From positions 1-54,832 of the forward strand of contig JAMDHS010000117.1 of assembly GCA_029717555.1 (NCBI GenBank): a stretch of 54,832 nucleotides of DNA, read 5' to 3'. The translations under genes were made by a program, and so were the position numbers. The stretch comes from Peribolospora baueri. Its lineage: Eukaryota. Within the stretch, counting starts at the first letter, position 1, and each line of letters opens with the position of its first letter. This document shows, in pieces, positions 45,626 to 54,832 of this stretch. The notes under the pieces were generated by a model. That model was not told where the DNA came from. It saw only the letters and a list, made by a program, of their open reading frames with translations, and did no database searches.

Positions 45626-48600
45626 CTGGCGGCGGTATGTTCGGTAGCGGCGGCAGCGGTGCTGGAGGGGCGTTTGGGTCGTCTAGTACGTCGTCTTATC
45701 GCAGTACTTGTCTTTCTATATGACCGAGCTAACGGACACCGTGTGTTTCTCTTTCTCAGGCTTTGGGCAACCGTCTGCCTTCGGACAACAGCCGCCCAGA
45801 GGTCCAGGCATCTTTGGGTCCGCGGCTCAGCCGCAAAACACTGGTGGCTTCGGTGAGCAGCGGCGCGAAAGGGTGCTCCATGCGTTTAATGGTCGCACGA
45901 TTATCCATCCACGTCCGCTCAACGTATTCCTTCTCGTCTGCAGGTGCGTTTGGCAGTAGCAACACGGGCACGACTTCGCCTTTCGGTTCACAGCCGACCA
46001 ATCCCACGTTTGGTACGAGCGGAGCGTTCGGCAGCTCAAGTGAGTCATCGAAAGGAGGACGGATAACGAAGAGCCAGCAGGGACGGGTGTCGCGATGATG
46101 CGATCGGCTGGCGTCTGTTTGTCTGCCCGCTCCCTGACCTGAATTGGCTGACCCTTTCGTTCAACTGCATCGCAGCCCCAACGTCGCAACCTGCCAGCGG
46201 TGGATTTGGAGCTTTTGGATGTGAGTTCGCCATTCTCCCTCTCGCGTCTGGCATCGTCTTGCACCACGATCATATCGTCTCCATCTCCCACCACTTACAC
46301 CATCGTCGCGCTCTCATCTTGCGCAGCGCAAACCACCCAGCCCGGCTTTGGTTCTGCGACCAACACTGGCAGCGGCGCGTTCGGCTCCAAACCTCTCACC
46401 GGCGGCACCATGTTCGGTTCGGCCGCCAACAACGCTGCCACTGGAGCTTTCGGTCGACCCGCCACCGCCCCCTTTGGCAGCACTGCTGCCACCGGCACGG
46501 GTTCAAGCGGCGTGCCTCCCAACGGCACGGCCGCCGCACCCTTTCCTACTGACAAGCCGGGCATAGACCGTCCCGAAAGGCCCGAGGACCGCAACTCGAC
46601 GCCGCAGTGGTTCCAGACGATCAGTGCCATGGATCCTTATCAAGGCGCGTCCCTCGAGGAGCTGCGTCTGCTCGACTACCAGCAGGGCCGCAAGCACGGG
46701 AACGCCCAAGGCGCCGGTGCCTTCGGTCAGCAGACAGGCTTCGGTCAGACCGCTCAGACCGGCCTATTCGGTCAGCCGAAGCCCGCGACCTCCGGCTTGT
46801 TCGGACAGACCAGCCAACAGCCTTCCGCATTTGGCCAACAGCAGCCCTCCGCCTTTGGCCAGCAACAGCCCTCGGCGTTCGGCACCTCGGCGTTTGGCGG
46901 CGGCCAGACGACTCCCAACACTGCGTTCGGCGCCACCAGCCAGCCTGCACAGACCAGCGGAGCTTTTGGCAGTACGGGCGTCGGCGGGGGCCTGTTCGGC
47001 AACCAGCAGCAGAACACCTCCACCAACGCCTTTGGTCAGCCGTCGCCGACGCCCTCGACCGGCGCGTTCGGCGCGTTTGGCCAGTCGCAGCAGCAGCAGA
47101 ATAAACCTGCGTTCGGAGCTTTCGGTGAGTGCGAGGCAGTGACGGTCAGTACTTGTCCGTAGCACCCAGCTCACCGTCGTCATTTTCATCTCCCCGCAGG
47201 CTCGACGACGACGTCGCAGCCTACTTCCGGCTTTGGCACTGGCACTGGTGGCAGCGCCTTCGGTTCTTTCGGACAAGCGAGTCAGGCGTCGACCACCTCA
47301 GGCTTTCCCGCTACATCATCGGCATTCGGGCTCGGAGGCAACAACGCCGCCACACAGAACAAGACTCTCTTCGGCACCTCGACCACGTCTACGCCCGCCT
47401 TTGGCACGTCCGCTCCCGCCACCACTGATAACAAGCCCGCTTTCGGCGCGTTTGGGGCTTCGACGGGAGGCACAGGCGCCTTTGGTACCGGTACCTCGCT
47501 GTTTGGCGGAAATCAGCAGCAACAACAACTGCAGCAGCTGCCACAGCAGAGTACGCCGTTCGGCGTAGGCTCCATCACCACATCCCAGCCGGGCACCGGC
47601 ATCTTCGGGACGAGCCAACCGACGAGTGCTCCCGCCGGCCCGTCCGCTATGACAAGCGCCTTTGGGGGCGGGTCGTCGTTGTTCAAACCTGCGGGTTCGA
47701 CAGGCACCGGTCTCTTCGGGTCTACCACTTCGCAGCCTCAGCAGCAGCCATCCACGGGTCTCTTCGGCAGCACTAGCGGTGGAGGGTTGGGTGGAACGAC
47801 CGGGTTGTTCGGCGGCGGGCAGAGCACTTTGGGAACCAGCGCTTTCGGCGGCATCGGCGGTGGCGGAGGCCTGTTTGGCCAAACGACTCAACAACAGCAG
47901 CAACCCCAGCAAGCGAACCTGCAAGCGTCGATCGATCAGAACGCCTACGGCAACGACCCCCTGTTCAGCAACGTCAGCACTGGCCCCCAATTCGTGCCGA
48001 TCATCACTGCCAAGAAGAAACCCGCGATGGGCATGTCCTGGCGGCCTCAGCCCCGACCAGCGACCAGGATCACCCGCCTGCGCGGTACTGCTGCCGCTGA
48101 GAGGGCAGCCGCGCGCGCGAGTCCGGGGAAAGGCACGGCGGACGGGTTTGTGAACCGGAGCTCGAGTCCGAGCCTGTTCCGCGGCGTGAGCGACGACTCG
48201 TACCTGAGCCCCGATGCTTTCATTCCGCGTCAGAGCGTCAAAAGGTTGGTCCTCGATAGCGAACCGCGCAGGAGGTCTGTCACGCCAAGCGTTGACAGCA
48301 ACGGAAGCCCGTCGCTGGACCACGCCATTCGGTCGGGCACGGCACCAGCGTTCGGGCAGAATAAGGTAACCTTTAGCCCGGCTCTCGAACTCGAGGCTCA
48401 CAAGAGCCTCAATGAAACGCGCAACAACCTTCCCCGCAACCCGTCCACGCCACCGCCGACGAAGAACAACTTTGCCGCGCGAGCGAGTCCCAGCAAGAGC
48501 GGCGGCAACCAACAGCCGGCACCGCCGCCGGAGACTCAGTGGATCGCGCGACGAGAGGATTATTGGACGAGCCCGAGCTTGCACGATCTCGCGCGGAAGA

Positions 48601-51600
48601 GCAAGGAGGAACTGGCGGCGGTACGCAACTTTGTGGTCGGAGCAAAGAGCTTTGGTCAGGTCGAGTTCCTCGAACCGGTGGACCTCACGACGGTGAAATA
48701 CTTGAAGGACATTCCTGGCAGCATCGTCGTTTTTACGCACCGCCAAATAACTGTCTACCCTGGTCCCGAGGACGATGAGTGGGAGGATGCCGGTCCTCTG
48801 GCGCCTCGCGTCTTTGTCGACAAGCCGCCGGTGGGCCAAGGATTGAACGTCCCGGCTCGTATCACGATCGAAAGGGTTTTCGTTAAGGACCGAAGGACTG
48901 CCAGGGCGGTGAAAAATCCATCGCCGGAGCAGGCCGCCTATTTCGAGAAGAAGTTGCGGTCAGCGCAGGGCACCAAGACGATCAGCCTCGACCTGTTCGC
49001 CGGCAAGTGGGTGTTTGAAGTGGAGCACTTTACGCGATACGGCGTGCCGGACGAGGAAGGAGAGGGCGGCGAAGAAGAGGGCAAGACGGATTTTGATGGG
49101 GCCGGACCGTCCGGGTCGACGCGGGGGGCGTCGATCGGGCTCAAGAGACAGGGCGGGCCGCGACATTCGCGGTCCGACGGTCCGGCTGGTGAGGAGATGG
49201 CGATGGCGACGGAGGAAGACATGGCGATAGGGGAAGACAAGGTGATGGATGCAGAGGATGGTGAGATGCGGGCGGCGGAGGAAGTTGAAATAGGGGCGGC
49301 AGGTGAGGAAGAGGGCGACGAGGAAGAAGATGCAGAGAGCGTGAATGGGGATGGGTACGAAGGGAAGAACGTTGGACTGCCAAGGCGCTCCATGAACGAC
49401 AATGAGGAGGAGGAAGAAGTGGAAGAGGTCAAGTGGATGGAGGTCGCCCGCCCGGACGACCGCCACCGTTCAGGACGATCTCGCAGCGCTAGCTTGGAAC
49501 CTCGTCTCGGCGAGGACTCGACGACGAACGCCTTTACTCGAGCGCTCGGCCTCGGCACACGCAAGGTCCAGAACATGAGCGGATCCCTCTTCGGCCCCGA
49601 GTCCCCGTCGTCCCCGTCGGCCCACATCGTCAGCCCGCGCAAGCACACTCTCTCCGACACTTGGCGCTCTCTGCCGCCGTCCGCGGATGTGGAGGAGGAA
49701 ATGCGAGACCACTTGTCCACGGCGCGCAGCTCGTTTGCCGGTGCTGCTGCCCACGTCTCGTTGCGTCCCGCGCACAAGTTCCTCAAAGTTGACCTTGCGG
49801 AGAGTGTGACCAAGGGCATGGACGGCGTCGGTGGCGACGCCGGCCTCTTCCTTGGGCGTTCCTTCCGCGTCGGATGGGGTCCTAACGGCGAGCTCGTGCG
49901 TCCCGCTCGTGCGCGGATCGGCTCCGCGCAGAGCTCGTCTTCCGTCAAGGTCGAACGCGTAGATCTCTTTCGGTCTTCCTCGACAACACGCCTGCTCCAA
50001 GTCCAGCTGGATACGAGCACGATCGACACGGACGAGGGCGTGCCTTTCGCCTCGGCTGACCCGGAAACGCGCTTCTCCCATTTCGCCCGCTCGTTCGACG
50101 CCGCCGACCGCAGCCCGGAGGCGCTCTTTTGGCGGCTCGGGTCGGCGCTCTTCGACGAGATCGAGCTCAGCCTACCCGCAAACGCCGCAGTGGACGTCCG
50201 CGCCAGGGTGAGGGACATGCGCAGGAAGGAGGCCGTCTCGGTCTGGCTTCAGGATGCCGTGGCTCCGGCGGTTAAGAAGGACGTGCGTGCGGCCAGCCGT
50301 GACGCCACCGTAGTTTTTGCCCGCTTGACAGGAAACCAGCTGGAGAAGGCGTGCGAGGCGGCGATTGAGGCCGGCGACATCCGTTTGGCCACGCTGCTCA
50401 GTCAGAGTCGGTCGGACGACGATTTTCGCTCGGACGTGGCGACGCAGCTGGCCAAATGGCGAGAGCAGAGGGTCGACTCGTTCGTGCCGACTGACTACCG
50501 CAAGGTCTACGAGGTCCTTGCAGGAAATGTCGACGTGTCCGAGTCGTCGAGTCCCGAGCGCATCGAGCCCGCGGATACGATGCTCGATGTGAGGCCTCTG
50601 GAGGGTTTGGATTGGAAGAGGGCGTTTGGCATGCACCTCTGGTTCGGCGTACCTTACGAGTCGTCTCTGACGACGGCCGTCCAGCGGTACGGAAACGCGG
50701 TGTCTCGCCGCAGTGCCGTCCCGCCCTCGCCGTTCTACCGGGAGAAGCCCGCGGAGGCGGACCCTTGGGAGGCGTTTGGCGACAACACGGACGCCGCTTT
50801 CCATCTCCTTCGCCTCTTCACCGATCCGACATACCCCCTTGAGACTGCCCTCTCCCCACGGGCGTTTGGCCCCAGTCCGCTGGACTACCGTCTCCCTTGG
50901 CATGTGTACATTCTTCTTTCTCGAGTCCTCCGCCAGCGCGACTTTGCTGATCGCGTGGAGTGGGTTCGGGAGGAAACGGACATTGCGGACGCGGAGGTGG
51001 AGGGCAATAGTGCCATCGCCGATGGTGTGACGAGCGCTTATGCCCATCAACTTGAGCAGCACGGCCTGTGGGAGTGGGCGGTGTTTGTCTTGTTGCATTT
51101 GGAGCTACCAGAGAGGTGAGTCATCCGGTTAAGCATGACATCGGGTTGGCGGCGCTGAAAGATTTCTTCTCCCATCCAGCCGCGTCAAAGCCGTCAAGGA
51201 GCTCTTGGCCAGACACGTCGACGACCGAGATGCCGCAAAGGAGGAGTTTCTCGTCGACGGGCTCCGCATTCCCAAGGGTTGGATTTACGAGGCGAGGGTC
51301 CGTAAAAGGCGCACGTTTGCCTCATCTCGATACCTTGCCTGCCATATCAGTTGCTCACTTTGACGACGTTTCCCCTCTTGACCCCGCAGGCGATCGAAGC
51401 ACGGTACCGCGACGATCGGTATGAAGAGTTTGTAGACCTGGTCGTCGCCGAACACCACAGCAAGGCGCACGACATTGCCGTGCGCTCCCTCGCCCCGGAG
51501 ATCGTTCTTCGTGGCGATTGGGCGCTCCTTCGCAGGCTCTTTGATCGGCTCGACCGAGACGCCGTGCCTACCTGGAGCTCCGGAGCTCAGTTGTACCTGG

Positions 51601-51884
51601 ATTACATTGCCATCTTCGAAACCGCGCCCGAGCGTCTGTCGCAGGATGAGCTGCGGAAAGCAGTCAAGGTGGTGAACGACTTGGTCCGACGACTTCCGAT
51701 GCTACTAGGCGACTCGGACGACATGACCATGATCGTCTGCCTTTACGAGATGCTCCGACGCCTCCAGTCGCTTGCGACGACGCTTGGCGATTCCCATCGC
51801 GTCGACGGATCGCCTCTCGAGGCCGACCACGCTCGCGGTGCCAGCCGCAGCTATCTCTCCACGATTGTGACCGCAGCAGCCTGA
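45532..51884 (+). CDS. NUP98: Nup98-Nup96 precursor (Nup145/Nup189 family), multi-exon
   Basis: FG/GLFG repeats, GLEBS motif FQTISAMDPYQGASLEELRLLDY, autoproteolytic domain (GQGLNVPARITIE...WVFEVEHFTRYG) and Nup96 motifs GRSFRVGWGP, LDWKRAFGMHLWF and GLWEWAVFVLLHL. Confidence 0.95.
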
Positions 51885-52296
51885 CGGGGCCCAGGCGCTC
51901 TATCTCGTGCTACATCTTCTGCTTCTTGTTTTACTTCGTGTTACCCATGTACCCTCTGTCCTATATGCCTGTATGTAGCGGCACTCAATCTAACTTTGAG
52001 AATAAAAACAGCACTGGACGGAACTGAGCTGAGCCACCGACGCCGCCCGGCGCAGAAAAATAATTAATATGGGTCGTATATCCTGATCACCCGAGATCTT
52101 TAGAATAGAATCCTGTTAACCATGGAAGAGCCCTTAAACTTAATGGTCCAATGGAGCGGCAACCGCGGCGTCGATCAGGCCGCCGAGACGGCAGCACGGC
52201 TGCGGCGCTGCTGCGGCACCGTCGTCGCCATGCCTGATCACTCGGGCGGGGAGGCTTATCTTAGTAGACCATCGTCACTCGTCGCCGGCACCTCCA

Positions 52297-53547
52297 ATGT
52301 CTTTCAACGACCTCGAAAGGGGCCTCTCCCCCCCGCCGTCCGCCTCTCGGACTTCCCTTGCGAGCGGCGGAGCTTCTTCCCCTCCTCACGCCCCGCTGGA
52401 CCCCAATCTCTCCGAGCGCGTCAGCGTCCAGATCTTCAAGATCAAAGCCAACGTCAGCGCCATAGACAAGCTCGTCGACGTCCTCGGCACCAGGGCTGAC
52501 AACGGAGATATCCGGAGCAGGCTGTGCGTTTGCCATAGTTGTAGTAGCGTTTCCGCTTTGTCGTGGTTGAGCCGCCAGTGCGCCGTCGTTGCGCCGTCGT
52601 TGAGCCAGGATTTGACACGTGCGTTCTGACATTTGGTTTGCTGCCCTCCTCACAGACATGATCTCACCGAAGCGACCCGAGCGCTCGTCAAGCAGACCAC
52701 TGACGAGGTCAAGGAGTTGGCGTCATGGAAGGGCGGCGAGGACACGAACGTGAGCCCCAGTGCCGCCAGACGTCCCTTTCTGCGCTGCTGACCCGCGCAC
52801 GGCGTGCCATCTTTGCTTGCAGCGCCAACTACAGCTCGCCCAGCAAAAGGTCTCGCGAGATTTCAAGGCCTCGCTCGAGGCATTTCGGAAGTCACAGCGA
52901 GCCTCGGCGGAGAAGCAGCGGACATTTGTCGATCGTGCCAAGGCAAAGGTGGAGGCCGGCGACGCCAGGGCCACCGCATCGACCAGCCCTCGCTCATCCG
53001 CGCCTGCAGAGGTAACAGGGGACCTTGTTGAGCTTGACGCCACCGGGCCATCCTCGTCGCAGCAGGAGGCGCGACAACAATTGCAACAGCAAGCCCAGGC
53101 GCAGGCCGTGTCTCAATCCGAGCTTGAATTTCAAGAGGCGCTCATCGCAGAGCGCGAGGGTGAGATTCGGGAGATCGAGGGAGGCATACACGAACTCAAC
53201 GAAATCTTCCGAGACCTCGGCACCATCGTCCATGAGCAGCAGAGCATGCTTGGTGGGTGGACAGTTTGGATGAGCGTGGGCGGCACCGCGCTCATCCCGC
53301 TTCCTTCTTCCCGCAGACAACATCGAGTACAATGTGTCCTCGATCGCCAACAATACGGGCGCTGCCTCGGAGGAGCTTGTAGAGGCTCACGAGTACCAGC
53401 GCAAGGCCGGCCGTCGCATGGCCTGCCTCATGCTCATCGTCGCGTTTGTCATATGCGTCGTCCTGCTTGCGGTGAGTGGGTGCGCGTCTCGTTGTGTTGG
53501 ATCTTGGCCGTGCGCTTACACCGCCGCTCTCACAGGTTCTAAACTGA
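52297..53547 (+). CDS. Qa-SNARE syntaxin, Pep12/Vam3/syntaxin-7 type; 5 exons
   Basis: MSFNDLERG start, Habc helices, SNARE motif EIEGGIHELNEIFRDLGTIVHEQQSML|DNIEYNV, and C-terminal TM anchor ending LLA|VLN*. Confidence 0.92.
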
Positions 53548-54021
53548 GTCTCCTCGGTCATCGACTCGTCCGCCACCCGCTATCGCCTATAATACCCACT
53601 CCCGCCGTTACCGACTCGTGTACGATCTCGTCTCTCGCTTGGTTATCTTGTCATATTGTACTTCATCTCCTGCCGACGGAGGGCAAACCGGGTGGGCGTC
53701 GTTCCCCCGCCACTTTGTTTGAGCAATGGATCTACCCCTCGTTCTTCCCCTGCCGCCTTTTGTAGCTTTGGACAAGACACGAAAGGAACGCTGACGCTCA
53801 CCCTGCCACGTGTGTACCGCTTTATATACGGTCTCGCCACGCCTCATTGTGAATACTCATCTCTCTCCTATAACCATCTATTCCATACGTACAAACGTTC
53901 CAGGTCCCGATCACCCAAGGCGCCCTTCATACCTATAAATCAGCCATCCCCTTTACACCGAAGGCAACTGGGAACTCGAGGCAAACCAAGCGGAGAAAGA
54001 AACGCCGCGCCCATCACTCAC

Positions 54022-54223
54022 GGCACATGGGGCTGACGACGGCGCGATTCTTGAGCTCCAGCTCATGACCGTGTGGACCGACGTTGATCTTGTGGGAAAG
54101 CTTGGGCAGCTCGCTCTCGTTCTTGTCCTTGAACGTGCCTGCGGGAGGGTGAGCCGCTTCGGGCGCGGCATAGTTGGAGATGTAGAGCGCGAGGGGCGCA
54201 GAGGGCGACGGAACGGCGGACAT
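54022..54223 (-). pseudogene. First exon only of an NADH:flavin oxidoreductase (old yellow enzyme family)
   Basis: MSAV...PKLSHKINVG...LKNRAVVSPMC is followed by a GTGAGT donor. No continuing exon was found in the ~470 bp before the convergent syntaxin stop. Confidence 0.72.
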
Positions 54224-54521
54224 GGCAGGTCTGGTTGGTGGTGATGCCTGAGCAAGTGATGTTGAGGGCCTGGCTGTGCCTATCAAATGCCTGTGTTTCC
54301 ACTAATGCTAGGCTGCTTTCGGCGAGTTTAGACGAAGTTGAGAGGATTTGCGCGGCGAAGGATTCGCGAAGGAGTCACTAAAAGGACTTGCTCGACCAGT
54401 GGCCTGGAAAGTTCAGCCAATGATGATCGACAACGCAGCGCGTCAATGATCAGCCGTCAACGTCAAAAATCTCAAATCCCAATAAGCCATTGCCCAGCAA
54501 CTTTATTACTGCATGTTATAG

Positions 54522-54632
54522 TGCTGGAGTTACGGTGAGTGACGTACAGAGTTAACGCTGCCAACGGAGTTGCGCTGCCGTACGGAATTATGTATGCTGC
54601 CGACGGAGTTAAGGTGCTATACGGAGTTAACC
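54522..54632. repeat. Degenerate 18-22-bp periodic array with core CGGAGTT, about 6 copies
   Basis: Cores: TGGAGTT 54525, CAGAGTT 54547, CGGAGTT 54565, CGGAATT 54583, CGGAGTT 54604, CGGAGTT 54622. Three are preceded by GCTGCC. Confidence 0.8.
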
Positions 54633-54832
54633 GTGCCGAACTGACCTTAATTCTAACCAAGGCCGCGCCTTCACGGCAATAATATGATCGAACGTGCTCA
54701 AGGCGGTCACGTGACCCTCCCACTCGTCGCCAGTCTCGATCGCTCGCGGATCCCATTATTCCCCTCGTTGTTCTTCCTTCCGTTGTTCTCCCCCACCGGC
54801 CCCAGAGAAGAACGATCGGGCCATATCCTTCC

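Noticed and set aside
47316..51098. Long - strand ORFs (507, 426 and 308 aa)
   Set aside because: Antisense shadows of NUP98-96.

Overview
GC-rich, intron-containing eukaryotic DNA. It is fungal; a basidiomycete, possibly smut-related, is my inference from gene content and intron style. Order along the window: MIP1 (mtDNA polymerase gamma, -), lunapark (+), class I cAMP phosphodiesterase (+), two convergent non-reducing PKS genes, about 3.3 kb with no intact gene, a DUF6533-like membrane protein (+), the APC/C activator Cdh1 (+), a protein with three Hva1/Tudor-like repeats (-), an Rds1-like ferritin-fold protein (+), a Kv-type K+ channel (-), the Nup98-Nup96 precursor (+), a Pep12/Vam3-type syntaxin (+) and a 5' remnant of an old-yellow-enzyme gene (-). 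The main finding is that the two PKSs are reciprocally defective. PKS-B (+, 14864-22014) keeps the SAT motifs, two ACPs and a TE but has lost the KS, AT and PT catalytic motifs. PKS-A (-, 22694-28885) keeps KS, AT, PT and TE but has no ACP and no SAT motif. Neither looks competent alone, so together they look like one obligate two-polypeptide aromatic PKS. Gene models were built by eye from splice signals and recognised motifs, and no database search was run. I saw no rRNA, tRNA, CRISPR array or recognisable transposon.
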